Positions 30,576-40,536 of a DNA stretch of 64,000 bases are shown here, piece by piece. The notes below the pieces were generated by a model, which saw only the letters and a program-made list of their open reading frames with translations, did no database searches and had not been told where the DNA came from. Each line of letters opens with the position of its first letter. The stretch's first letter is position 1. Origin of the DNA: a virus (Duplodnaviria; Caudoviricetes); IMG/VR virus record IMGVR_UViG_3300026549_000034, positions 96,001 through 160,000 of that record, one strand, 5' to 3'. Made by a program: the position numbers and the translations under genes.

Positions 30576-30917
30576 CTATTTAAATTGATATACTCTTCGC
30601 TGATGTTCTTCTCCATTGTCTATATCTATAGATACTACATAAATTGTTCTATATTCACCGTTTACAAGATCTACATTTATAGATATGTTAAGTTGTCTTG
30701 CAAAATATGTATAATTAATTATCTTTTCTGATATATATTTCTTAAGTTCATTAGGTGAAGGGGTCATTTGCCATAAAAATTGTTCAAAATTAGTACCATA
30801 CTGAGGATTGCCAATTAGCTCAGTATTTTCAGTATTAAACAATAAGTCAATTTCTTGTATTGCACAATCTAATACAGTATTTAATACTATTCTTGAATCT
30901 AATGCTAAATCTATCAT
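30576..30917 (-). CDS. Baseplate wedge protein (T4 gp25-like)
   Basis: QEIDLLFNT...ELIGNPQYGTNFEQFLW; adjacent to the gp6-like gene; ends in TAG. Confidence 0.78.
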   Translation of the reverse strand: MIDLALDSRIVLNTVLDCAIQEIDLLFNTENTELIGNPQYGTNFEQFLWQMTPSPNELKKYISEKIINYTYFARQLNISINVDLVNGEYRTIYVVSIDIDNGEEHQRRVYQFK

Positions 30918-30936
30918 ATATTATAAATAATAAATT

Positions 30937-33246
30937 TTATACTATTGTCCAGTTTCCATAAGTAATATATTCTTCATCTTGGTTGAATATGTTGTATGTT
31001 CCTGAAGTTTCTTTAAGTTTAATTGCATTTATATTAAATATGACATAGTTAGATTTTCTTCCTATTTCTTGCAGTATTTCATTTTCAATTGTCATTATGA
31101 ATAGATCTACTTTAGAAATATATTCACCTAAATCTATAGCAATATTTTGAACTTGGTTTTCTTTTATTTTGACATTTTGTAATGTATCAACTTTAAAGAA
31201 AATTGGCTTATATATAATATTGCTGTTTGAAATAATAGAATTGTTCTTTTCCGACAATTCATTTTCTTTATTTGACTTTATAAAACAACTAATATTATTT
31301 ATAAAATTAATATTATCATTACTATTAGAAGTAAACCAATCTAATATATTTCTTTTTAAATCTTCTTTATTATCAACATTAACATCAGACAATATATCAT
31401 CTAATTGTTGTTCCTTTTGTTCATCATTTATTTTTAATGATATTTCTTTCATATTATCATTTGAAAATTTTTCTTTATTAATTTTTGTTAAGTCACTTAA
31501 TCTATATAATCCAGTATTGTTTGTCATATATTTGAATTTTTCTTTAGATATTATGACATTATTACTGGTTAATGTAACACCTATAAATTTATCTATAAAT
31601 GATACTCTACATACTATATTTTCTGGAAGTTGTTCCCATGCGGTAAATATAGTATTTATTGGATATGTAAATAGACCATTTTTTAAGTTAGCAAATGGGT
31701 TAAGTGTATTTTCATTGAATGTTCGGATAGGATCCATAATACTTACATTCTTACTAAAAATAATATGTTTGAATGTATTATCAGATGCCATTTCTATTCT
31801 AAATCCAAAGAAATCAATGTTTACTTTATTTTCTTCAATATATTCACTTAAAAATGATTCTAAACGTTTCTGCTTTAATATTTCAATATATTCATTTTTT
31901 GATAAGTTATTACGGGCATATCCCATATCTATAAGATATTGTATTGTTTCATCATCTATACTATTAAGACAATTTATCTCATCCAATTCTTCTTTATATT
32001 CTTGCAATAAATTAGTATTTTTATATATGTCTTTATGTATATGGTGATAGAAACAATATGCCTTTTCTAAAGCAGAATCTTTATATACTGATTCAAAATA
32101 TTCCTTTTCGGGATAATTTATTGCAACATCTAAAGATATTATATCATTACTACCAAAACAGCATGTAGCAGCTAATGAGAACTTATAGTCATCACCAAAA
32201 CAACATGTTCCAGGACTTAATGATGTGTCTTGCAAGTATATCTTATTAGTCTTATCAATATAGTCAAAAGGATATAATGTAAGATTTATAGGTGTAATCA
32301 AATAGTTGTTTTCAAGAATAAACTTATATTTAAAATATTTCTTTTTAAATATGTTCTTATCTTTGTCATATTCTTCAATAGCCCATGGCTGTGTAAACAA
32401 TGCGACAGGTACATATTGTTTTAACTTGCTATTTGATATTATATCTTTTTCATTAATGTCTACAACTTCATTATTAGAATTTACATAAATTATTGTATTT
32501 GATAAGAATGTATGATTATCTGCAAAACTATCATCTATTATACTTAAATTTTCTTCATAATAGGTTGTGTAGTCATATTTTATATCATTGTTATCAATAC
32601 TTATAATTGTTCTGTCAAATAATTCCGTTATTTTTGGAATATGTATTTCAATATATTCTGAATATATATTGTTCTTATATCTTATTTCTGAATTACTATT
32701 GTTTGAAAAATTATCATATAAATTGCATATATAATGAAAATGAATTCCATTAATATGATTTTCAACATGAACAATAAAATTATTTTTAGATTTTATATGA
32801 GGATGATATATCTTTATAGTATCACATTTTATAGTCTTTTCTTTAAATGTAATTTTATCATCTTCATCAACAATCTTATCATATATATTATATACAGACA
32901 ATCCATTACTGTATACAGGTGATCCATCAACAATATTTTCTATTCTTAAATCATCATCAGTTAATGTGTTGTTGAATATTTCATAAGAAAATGAATAGTA
33001 AAGTCCATTTTTGTTTGTTGGAAATAATAATGAAATAATATCATTTTTGTTCAGGTCTGTTTTATACTTTTCATAAAATGTTTTTTCTATAAAGTATATA
33101 TTATTGTCAAAAACAAGATTGTTCATTATATCAAAATTACGTAACATAACAAATTGTCCGCTATAATGATAAATTGGATTTTCTTCATAGCGAATTAATT
33201 CAGTATAATAAGTATAATTTCCAACGTTAATATATTGCTTTATCAT
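30937..33246 (-). CDS. Hypothetical structural-region protein
   Basis: 769-aa ORF co-directional with baseplate genes; class B motif at 33275-33286. Confidence 0.65.
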   Translation of the reverse strand: MIKQYINVGNYTYYTELIRYEENPIYHYSGQFVMLRNFDIMNNLVFDNNIYFIEKTFYEKYKTDLNKNDIISLLFPTNKNGLYYSFSYEIFNNTLTDDDLRIENIVDGSPVYSNGLSVYNIYDKIVDEDDKITFKEKTIKCDTIKIYHPHIKSKNNFIVHVENHINGIHFHYICNLYDNFSNNSNSEIRYKNNIYSEYIEIHIPKITELFDRTIISIDNNDIKYDYTTYYEENLSIIDDSFADNHTFLSNTIIYVNSNNEVVDINEKDIISNSKLKQYVPVALFTQPWAIEEYDKDKNIFKKKYFKYKFILENNYLITPINLTLYPFDYIDKTNKIYLQDTSLSPGTCCFGDDYKFSLAATCCFGSNDIISLDVAINYPEKEYFESVYKDSALEKAYCFYHHIHKDIYKNTNLLQEYKEELDEINCLNSIDDETIQYLIDMGYARNNLSKNEYIEILKQKRLESFLSEYIEENKVNIDFFGFRIEMASDNTFKHIIFSKNVSIMDPIRTFNENTLNPFANLKNGLFTYPINTIFTAWEQLPENIVCRVSFIDKFIGVTLTSNNVIISKEKFKYMTNNTGLYRLSDLTKINKEKFSNDNMKEISLKINDEQKEQQLDDILSDVNVDNKEDLKRNILDWFTSNSNDNINFINNISCFIKSNKENELSEKNNSIISNSNIIYKPIFFKVDTLQNVKIKENQVQNIAIDLGEYISKVDLFIMTIENEILQEIGRKSNYVIFNINAIKLKETSGTYNIFNQDEEYITYGNWTIV

Positions 33247-33378
33247 TTAATATAAATAACTTAATTTACAATTATAATTAAAAATATATTTTATACTATA
33301 TTTTCTTTGATTTAATTAATGGATAATTAAAATTTCTTATATTTTATACTATATTAAAAATACTAAAATTTATATAAT

Positions 33379-34197
33379 ATGAAGATAATAAGTAAATATA
33401 AAGATTTTTATGATTATATTGTACAGGATCATGATGCAGATCTTATATATGTTCGTAAAATAAATTGTATACATGATTATTTTGATGATCTGTTCAAAAA
33501 GAATAATGATATGTATATGCCATATTATAACAAATATTATGGGTACATTTATACTTCATATTCTTTAAGAAGTCAAAAAGATGGTGATGTAGCACTTGGC
33601 AATTATATATTTGGTATATATCCTTTTATATATTCACAACCTTATATAAATGTCAGATATAGTAGTGTTACAGAACATGAAGAACATATGATACTTATAC
33701 TTCCAAAATCCATTATAGATAATCTATTGAATGATGAAACAAAAACACAAGGCTATGATGAATTGAAATGTTTTATCATGAATGAATATAATAAAATTCA
33801 ATATAAGTCTGCTAAGTCATTTAAGATTAATATTGGAAATGGATTTGTTGATTTATTAAGAAAGTATGTTTGGAAAATAGATTGTAAGGAAATATTCTAT
33901 AAGCTTAATGCACCCGTATTTATAAAGTATTATTCTGAACTATTTGTAAATAGTTGTTATTGGGAAGAACTATATTCTGATAAAAATCAAAAGCATTATA
34001 TAACAAATATATCATTTCAAAAATTAGATAAGAATGTACTTAAGTATTGGTATGATGATCTAATGGATTTGAATACTTATATAAATATTGAGAATTTTCT
34101 ATGGAGTGTTAAGCAAGAACCAGAAGCAAATCCAGACAATAAGACAAAAATTGTTGCTCATGGATTTGATTTGAAGACGTCTTTTAGAAAAATGTAA
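33379..34197 (+). CDS. Conserved phage hypothetical protein
   Basis: MKIISKYKDFYDY ... DNKTKIVAHGFDLKTSFRK; class A-like promoter at 33327-33355. Confidence 0.7.
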   Translation: MKIISKYKDFYDYIVQDHDADLIYVRKINCIHDYFDDLFKKNNDMYMPYYNKYYGYIYTSYSLRSQKDGDVALGNYIFGIYPFIYSQPYINVRYSSVTEHEEHMILILPKSIIDNLLNDETKTQGYDELKCFIMNEYNKIQYKSAKSFKINIGNGFVDLLRKYVWKIDCKEIFYKLNAPVFIKYYSELFVNSCYWEELYSDKNQKHYITNISFQKLDKNVLKYWYDDLMDLNTYINIENFLWSVKQEPEANPDNKTKIVAHGFDLKTSFRKM

Positions 34198-34229
34198 TTA
34201 TTTTTAATTAAATAAATTATAAATATAAT

Positions 34230-34433
34230 ATGAAAACATTAAAGGATAGAATATTTGAAGAACGACAAATAAAATATAATGTTGCATTTGTTGGATGTAC
34301 AGATAGTGAAGGTATTCCAGTATCTTGTACAATTTTGGTTGATGCAAATAATCAAAAGGAAATTGAAAAATATTTTGAAAATGAACAAGACAATACATTT
34401 GTTCATGTAGAGGGAGGAAATATTGAATATTAA
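34230..34433 (+). CDS. Small acidic protein with leader-like N-terminus
   Basis: MKTLKDRIFEE; class B motif at 34199-34210. Confidence 0.65.
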   Translation: MKTLKDRIFEERQIKYNVAFVGCTDSEGIPVSCTILVDANNQKEIEKYFENEQDNTFVHVEGGNIEY

Positions 34434-34561
34434 ATTGAATATTAATTAAGAAATATTAAAAATTGTTAATATATAATAATATATAATAAGAAATCCCTAA
34501 ATTTTTTTAATAAAGTTTAGGGATTAACTATTTTAAAAAGGATATTAAAAATATAGTTATT

Positions 34562-35038
34562 ATGGAAAAGGCAATAGGTACCGTAACATTTAAAAAGTTT
34601 ACTGGTGAAAAGCTACCAGACATTTCTGAATATATAAAGAATTATATTCAGGAAAATAAAAACATAGAAATTATAATTGGAACAGATTCTCAAAACAAAG
34701 GACATAATACAACATATTCTACAGTTGTTGTATTGTATAATCCTGGACATGGTGGCCATTGTATATTTAAAAGATGGAAGACACCTAAGGAAAGAGTTCG
34801 TCAAGTTCGTTTATTAAAAGAGGTTGAAGAATCAATTAATCTTGCAAATGAATTGATGGAGCATGGATGTCCTAAACCAAAATATATAGATATTGATATT
34901 AACCCAAATCCTAAGTTTAAGTCAAATGAAGTATATCAAGCAGCTAAAGGGTGGGTTGAAGCAAGTGGATATGAAGTTAGATTTAAGACAATTGCACCAT
35001 TAGTAACATCTGTTGCGGATTGGTTGGTAAAATCATAA
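34562..35038 (+). CDS. RNase H-like YkuK/DUF458 family protein
   Basis: IIIGTDSQ, EVEESINLA, IDIDIN, ADW acidic RNase H-fold motifs. Confidence 0.8.
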   Translation: MEKAIGTVTFKKFTGEKLPDISEYIKNYIQENKNIEIIIGTDSQNKGHNTTYSTVVVLYNPGHGGHCIFKRWKTPKERVRQVRLLKEVEESINLANELMEHGCPKPKYIDIDINPNPKFKSNEVYQAAKGWVEASGYEVRFKTIAPLVTSVADWLVKS

Positions 35039-35045
35039 TATTAAA

Positions 35046-35075
35046 AAATGGTAAGAACTTAAGTTCTTACCATTT
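35046..35075. terminator. Bidirectional terminator (perfect 30-bp palindrome, CTTAAG centre)
   Basis: AAATGGTAAGAACTTAAGTTCTTACCATTT between convergent genes. Confidence 0.85.
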
Positions 35076-35099
35076 ATTGTTAAATTATATCTTCATTTA

Positions 35100-35798
35100 T
35101 CATTTTCCTTCAAAATACCATTTTGCTTCTGCTTTACGACGTGCAATCAATCCAGGATATTTTTTTCCTTGTATGTCTGATAAATGTGACCAAGTATTTC
35201 TTATTTGTGGATTATTTGGGTTTGCTATAATCATTTTACATATTTGTTTATTTAAGAATCCCATTCCAAAATTATAACAGCCAGATGCTATTGCGTCTTT
35301 TTGATTTTGATTTAGCTTTACTTTATTAGTATTTGCCCATTTATCTATTTTTGTAGAAGTAATTTTTGCATGTTCTAAGAAAAGATTTTCAAGTTCTTTT
35401 TGTGTCCATCTTTTCTTTACAGAATCCATAAATTTACCGTTAGGATGATATAAAAGCCCATATCCAAAAGTCAAATGTCCATTAGCATCTTTAAGATCAT
35501 ATCCATTTAGATCTTTATAAGTCATTGTATATCCAAATTTTTTGCCAGTTTCATATCTACAAATAAAGTCAATCATACCATCGCTAATTCCTACATTATT
35601 TGTATTATTTGTTTTTTGTAATATGATTGCCCATGACTTAGGACCTATTACACCATCAGGAGTAAGACCTTTTGATTTCTGCCATTCCTTTACCTTTTTA
35701 TCTGTGTTAGGACCAAAATCACCATCAGCTGTAATACCCAAATATTTTTGTAATACTTTTACATCTTCACCTTTGGATCCAAGTTTAATAGTGTTCAT
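35100..35798 (-). CDS. Endolysin: peptidoglycan-binding domain plus GH24-like lysozyme
   Basis: LGSKGEDVKVLQ...DGDFGPNT...DGVIGPKSW; lysozyme motifs YDLKDANGHLTFGYG, NQNQKDAIASGCYNFG, GLIARRKAE. Confidence 0.88.
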   Translation of the reverse strand: MNTIKLGSKGEDVKVLQKYLGITADGDFGPNTDKKVKEWQKSKGLTPDGVIGPKSWAIILQKTNNTNNVGISDGMIDFICRYETGKKFGYTMTYKDLNGYDLKDANGHLTFGYGLLYHPNGKFMDSVKKRWTQKELENLFLEHAKITSTKIDKWANTNKVKLNQNQKDAIASGCYNFGMGFLNKQICKMIIANPNNPQIRNTWSHLSDIQGKKYPGLIARRKAEAKWYFEGK

Positions 35799-35847
35799 AA
35801 TTATTGTAAAGTATTTTAATTAAAAATATTAATTTTATGAGAAACAA

Positions 35848-35875
35848 AAAGGAACATCATTAAAGATGTTCCTTT
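35848..35875 (-). terminator. Intrinsic terminator hairpin
   Basis: AAAGGAACATC-ATTAAA-GATGTTCCTTT downstream of the RimK-like gene. Confidence 0.7.
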
Positions 35876-35900
35876 ATTGTATAAAAAATAAAATATGTTA

Positions 35901-37610
35901 TTATTTAGTTTCATTTGCTTTCTTTTCAGCTTCTTCTTTAAATTTCCATGACAATTCATCATCTAATACATGCTTCTTTGCTGGATTAATAAGATATCCC
36001 ATTTTTGTCATGATGTCTCTATTAATAAGTATTTTTTGCTTTTTGTTTCTATTGTCAACTAAAGCAAATTCAGCATTTAATAATTTACGTGATCCTATTT
36101 GAATACATGGTATAAGAACTGTTTTTCTATTTTCAGTTACTTGACCGACAATTGCATTTGATTCACCATGTTTCTTGAAATAATATTTTTTGCCTTCAAT
36201 TACTGCTTCAATTAAAGTACCGTTTTCTTCTAATGAATCACATCCAATTGTACTTGCCTTAGCACCATTTCCTGTATCAAATTTTGCTTCAAGAGTAAAT
36301 TGCTGTTCATTTTCTGTTGTAAATGTAATGTCTTCAAGATAACCTATTGATTTTGGTTCTAATACTAATTCATTTATATCATTAATGTTGTCTAAAAGTA
36401 TCTTTACAAAGTTTTCTCCAATTACTTCAGATATACCGTCAGTACCTGGTGAACTATTATATTCTAATACAACATTATCACCAACTTCTGGATTACTTCC
36501 TGAAACTAACGGCATAATGTCTACAGCACACCATGGCATTCCAGATATTTTAGCAACCTTTAATGCAATTTCCTTTTGTTCTTCAGTCAGTTCAACCTTT
36601 TCTGCAGTTGCACCTAAAGATACATTACTTCTAAAATCACCAGATATCTTTACACGTTTCATAGCCGCAAGTATCTTTTGTTGTGTTCTCATAGTCAATA
36701 CATGTACACGAATATCACCGCCATCAGCTTCTTCCTTCTTTTGTACTAACAATTCAAGATCTTCATCTACTGCAAACATTGCTTGAAGTATAGCTAAAAT
36801 ACCTTTACCATTTGTCATAAATACACCAGTACCGCCATGTCCATCAAGTATTTTTACAACATATTCAAACTTTTCATCTGCTTTTAAATCTTTACCAATT
36901 TCTTTATTTACTCTCTTAAGTTTCTTTGATAATGATTCTTCACCATTCTTAATATCATTTTTAGATACTAAAGTAAAACGTGGTTGTGGAATTTCATATC
37001 TTTCAAGTAATACTGCAGATGTATACTTATTAGATGCCTTCTTTGCCGATTGAATTGGATTTATTACAAAGAATCCCCATGCTTGAAGTTCTTTGATAAG
37101 TTCCATACATTCTTCGGATTCTTGAACTCCAAGACGAGTAATTACAATAGTATCAATATTTGATTGTTCATTGACTTTATATTTTGTCTTATCATCACTA
37201 AATGAAATTTCTTTATCAGTAGCTTTATATGAAATTTCATCAGCAACAAATGTAAATATTTCTATATCTGTATTCTTTACAGCATCATTAAGATTTTTTA
37301 GAGTCTTATTTGTTTTTTCTTCTCTATCATTTGTAAAGAAAAGAATGTTCTTAAAGAAATAATTAGACTGTTCTATTTTGTCCTGAATACTATCTTTAGA
37401 TTCAGAATCTTCCATTTTCTTATTAACTTCATCAGATATGTCATTATCATTTTTCTCATCAGGTTTATCATCCTTAATATCTAATAAATTGTCTAATTTA
37501 GTTTCTTCCTTAGTTTCTTCTTCCTTAATAATATTTTGTCTTTTCTGTTTAAGAGTTTCCATTACTTCTGCAATAGTTTCAGGATCTCTATAGTCATATT
37601 GCTTTTTCAT
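35901..37610 (-). CDS. RimK-like ATP-grasp peptide ligase fused to a C-terminal retropepsin-like (RimB-type) protease
   Basis: NKY, VKILDGHGGTGV, DIRVHV, FRSNVSLG, AVDI, LEYNSSPG; C-terminal AKFDTGNGA...ILINR aspartyl-protease pattern. Confidence 0.85.
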   Translation of the reverse strand: MKKQYDYRDPETIAEVMETLKQKRQNIIKEEETKEETKLDNLLDIKDDKPDEKNDNDISDEVNKKMEDSESKDSIQDKIEQSNYFFKNILFFTNDREEKTNKTLKNLNDAVKNTDIEIFTFVADEISYKATDKEISFSDDKTKYKVNEQSNIDTIVITRLGVQESEECMELIKELQAWGFFVINPIQSAKKASNKYTSAVLLERYEIPQPRFTLVSKNDIKNGEESLSKKLKRVNKEIGKDLKADEKFEYVVKILDGHGGTGVFMTNGKGILAILQAMFAVDEDLELLVQKKEEADGGDIRVHVLTMRTQQKILAAMKRVKISGDFRSNVSLGATAEKVELTEEQKEIALKVAKISGMPWCAVDIMPLVSGSNPEVGDNVVLEYNSSPGTDGISEVIGENFVKILLDNINDINELVLEPKSIGYLEDITFTTENEQQFTLEAKFDTGNGAKASTIGCDSLEENGTLIEAVIEGKKYYFKKHGESNAIVGQVTENRKTVLIPCIQIGSRKLLNAEFALVDNRNKKQKILINRDIMTKMGYLINPAKKHVLDDELSWKFKEEAEKKANETK

Positions 37611-37636
37611 ATATTATATAAAAAATATTATAAATT

Positions 37637-38200
37637 TTAATATAAATTATCCATTATTGTTTTGGCATTGACATGGCCATCAGCCTTTTCATTATCTAAT
37701 TTTTTGGAACTATATGGATCTATATGATCATTACCTTGTAGTATCTTATATAAAAAATATGCTGAATCATATATCTTATCGCCTGGATGTTTACATTTAT
37801 TATCAAAGTTTGTTACCCATTCATCTTCATCTTGAATATTTATGTCTTTGTCATCCATTTTCAATATATTTTTCAATGCCCACTTAACTACATCAACTTC
37901 GTCATTTGATGAATATAATATAATTTTATCAGGTGTAAAGTCTTCATATTCATCATTAAACATGGATATCATTTTAACCATATCAAAGAATGATGCAACA
38001 TGAGGCAATTCATGATAATTATCTTTGTATACAAAATATTTTGCATCTGGTACTTCAAGCTCATTCCATGATCCATCCCAATTATCTTCTTCATTTACAG
38101 GGAATTTTGGTATTTCTACAGATATCTTATTTCTATTTTGTTTTACGCTTATATTTTTTACGTTTAATTTTTCGACAATATAGTTTGATAATTTTTTCAT
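37637..38200 (-). CDS. EKLNVK-leader hypothetical protein
   Basis: MKKLSNYIVEKLNVKNI; class B motif at 38229-38240. Confidence 0.72.
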   Translation of the reverse strand: MKKLSNYIVEKLNVKNISVKQNRNKISVEIPKFPVNEEDNWDGSWNELEVPDAKYFVYKDNYHELPHVASFFDMVKMISMFNDEYEDFTPDKIILYSSNDEVDVVKWALKNILKMDDKDINIQDEDEWVTNFDNKCKHPGDKIYDSAYFLYKILQGNDHIDPYSSKKLDNEKADGHVNAKTIMDNLY

Positions 38201-38244
38201 AAATAGTACTATATTATTTTAATACTTATAATTAAAAATAATAA

Positions 38245-39108
38245 ATGTCAGCTAATTTATTTGAAAAATGTGAACCAATTTCTGCTATTTTAGCACCTCA
38301 TGTACAGCAAATGATCATATCAGAATTAGAGGAATCATGTGATAATTTAGAATATCTGTGCATAGGTTCTGTAGGCAAGAAAAAGGATGAAGATTTTAAT
38401 GGTGATATTGATATTGCTATTAAATGCAAAGATATTGAAGAACTTAAAAGAATAATATATCACACTTTTGGACATTTGAATATAGTTATATCTGAAACAT
38501 TATATATTGTTTCTATAGAATATCCTTATATATATGATAATGAAGAAAAATATGTACAGTGTGATTTTATGGTGATGTGGTATACTGATTATACTGCATT
38601 CAGATATTTTTGTCCAAACTATAGAAATGACGAATCAAAGTATAAAGTAGGTGCAAAAATAATGTTAACAAGTATTATATTAAATCATTGTATAAAAGAA
38701 AAAAATAAAGATTTGTTATATGATGAAATAGCTAAGTTTGATTTTAGACCTACTGCATTATATCGATTTATATATAGTAATAGCAGAAAAGCATATAAAG
38801 AAGAATTTGTGACCGCTGACGTAAATAAAATTGTTGAAATGTGTTTTTATGATAATGATAGAAAACATTTTAATTCTGTTGAATCATTATGGGGTGCTAT
38901 TCATAGTGATAATTTTAAATATTCTGATGAAGTAAAACAAATTGAAATGGTATGGTTTGTATGTTGTTTTAGAAAAGGATGGACCTCTATTGTTCCTGAA
39001 GATTTTAAAATAGAATATTGGACAAATGATCAAATATGGTATAATATAAATCAACAAAAAGAAATAAATAAAATAAATGAATTTTTACAACAAGGTAAGG
39101 AAATATAA
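38245..39108 (+). CDS. Pol-beta superfamily nucleotidyltransferase
   Basis: IGSVG...GDIDI and a third Asp in VQCDF. Confidence 0.72.
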   Translation: MSANLFEKCEPISAILAPHVQQMIISELEESCDNLEYLCIGSVGKKKDEDFNGDIDIAIKCKDIEELKRIIYHTFGHLNIVISETLYIVSIEYPYIYDNEEKYVQCDFMVMWYTDYTAFRYFCPNYRNDESKYKVGAKIMLTSIILNHCIKEKNKDLLYDEIAKFDFRPTALYRFIYSNSRKAYKEEFVTADVNKIVEMCFYDNDRKHFNSVESLWGAIHSDNFKYSDEVKQIEMVWFVCCFRKGWTSIVPEDFKIEYWTNDQIWYNINQQKEINKINEFLQQGKEI

Positions 39109-39155
39109 ATATAAAAATTACTATATTAAAATAAATATATAAGATTAAAAAATAT

Positions 39156-39716
39156 ATGTATTTGCTAATTATTGAAGGTACTGATAATATAGGTAAAGAT
39201 ACTTTGAAAAATCAATTGATAGATCTATTTGATACTGTTACATTAATTCATTGTAGTTCACCAAAATCAAGAGGATTTAAGTCTTATGAACAAGATAAGA
39301 CATTCTTAACATATGCTGATAATATTGTAAATGGTGTATATGATGGAACGGAATGTATTATAATGAATAGATCACATTATGGAGAATATGTATATGGACA
39401 AATATATAGGCACAGAAATCCTATAGAAATTTCATCTATGATTAATGATTTTGATAAGCTAATAGATTCGAGAATTGATTTAAAAGTAAAATATATTCAA
39501 TTATTAAGTACATCATTAGAATTAAGAAAGAAATATGATGACAATAAATCATTATCATTAATGGATGAACAAAAAATGGAAATAGAAAATAAGCTTTTTA
39601 TGGATGTATACAATCAATCAAAATTTGATAAAAAGCTTATATATGTAAATGACGGTGACAATTTTAGACGTAAAGAAGATATTTATAAAGAAGCATTAGA
39701 TTTTATAAATTCTTAA
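39156..39716 (+). CDS. dNMP (thymidylate-like) kinase
   Basis: IEGTDNIGKDT P-loop, NRSHYGEYVY. Confidence 0.85.
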   Translation: MYLLIIEGTDNIGKDTLKNQLIDLFDTVTLIHCSSPKSRGFKSYEQDKTFLTYADNIVNGVYDGTECIIMNRSHYGEYVYGQIYRHRNPIEISSMINDFDKLIDSRIDLKVKYIQLLSTSLELRKKYDDNKSLSLMDEQKMEIENKLFMDVYNQSKFDKKLIYVNDGDNFRRKEDIYKEALDFINS

Positions 39717-39741
39717 AATTAGAAAAATATATAAAAGATAT

Positions 39742-40536
39742 ATGAATACAAAAGATATATTTAATATTTTTTTAGAAAAATATAATAATAGAGAATTTCG
39801 TACAATAGGTAATAATGTTCAGCAATCAATAACATTAGAAATTCAAAATGCCCATTTTGAAGTTGATAAACCATGGATTGTTAGAGAACCAAATTATGGC
39901 TATTATAAACGTGAAGAAAAATGGTATTATTCACAATCATTAAATGTTAATGATATTCCTGAAGGTGCACCAAAAATGTGGCAAGCTTGCGCAACACCAG
40001 ATGGATTTATAAATTCTAATTATGGGTGGTGTATATTTTCAAAAGAAAATGGTGATCAGTATAAAAACTGTAAACAACATTTAATTGAAGATCCACATAC
40101 TCGTGAAGCTATTATGATTTATAATCGTCCATCAATGCAACAAGAATATAATAAAAATGGAATGCATGATTTTATGTGTTGTCAGAATGTTCAATATTTT
40201 ATAAATGAATATGATGAATATAATGATATACTTGATTGCATAGTTAATTTTAGAAGTAATGATGCAGTATTTGGATTTAATAATGATGCACTTTGGGCAA
40301 ATCATATATTAGAAAAACTTGCTAATGAATTAAGACCTATTTGGAATAATAAATATGATAAAAATATAGCGGCGGGTCATATATATTGGAATGCCGGTTC
40401 ATTACATATTTATGAAAGACATTTTAAAATTTTAACAGATTTTAATACTAAACAAAATGTCTATAAATATTATGAAGATATTGAAAAACAAAATAACTTA
40501 TTTAGAAAAACCCAAGAATCAATAAATAATGGATAA
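39742..40536 (+). CDS. gp42: dCMP hydroxymethylase (T4 gp42-like)
   Basis: INSNYGW, IMIYNRPSM, DFMC catalytic Cys, RSNDAVFGFNND (cytosine-specifying Asp), WNAGSLHIYERHF closely follow T4 gp42. Confidence 0.92.
   Translation: MNTKDIFNIFLEKYNNREFRTIGNNVQQSITLEIQNAHFEVDKPWIVREPNYGYYKREEKWYYSQSLNVNDIPEGAPKMWQACATPDGFINSNYGWCIFSKENGDQYKNCKQHLIEDPHTREAIMIYNRPSMQQEYNKNGMHDFMCCQNVQYFINEYDEYNDILDCIVNFRSNDAVFGFNNDALWANHILEKLANELRPIWNNKYDKNIAAGHIYWNAGSLHIYERHFKILTDFNTKQNVYKYYEDIEKQNNLFRKTQESINNG

Noticed and set aside
39742-40536. Ordinary thymidylate synthase ThyA
   Set aside because: Has the dCMP-specifying Asp (GFNND) and gp42-specific motifs rather than the ThyA PFN motif
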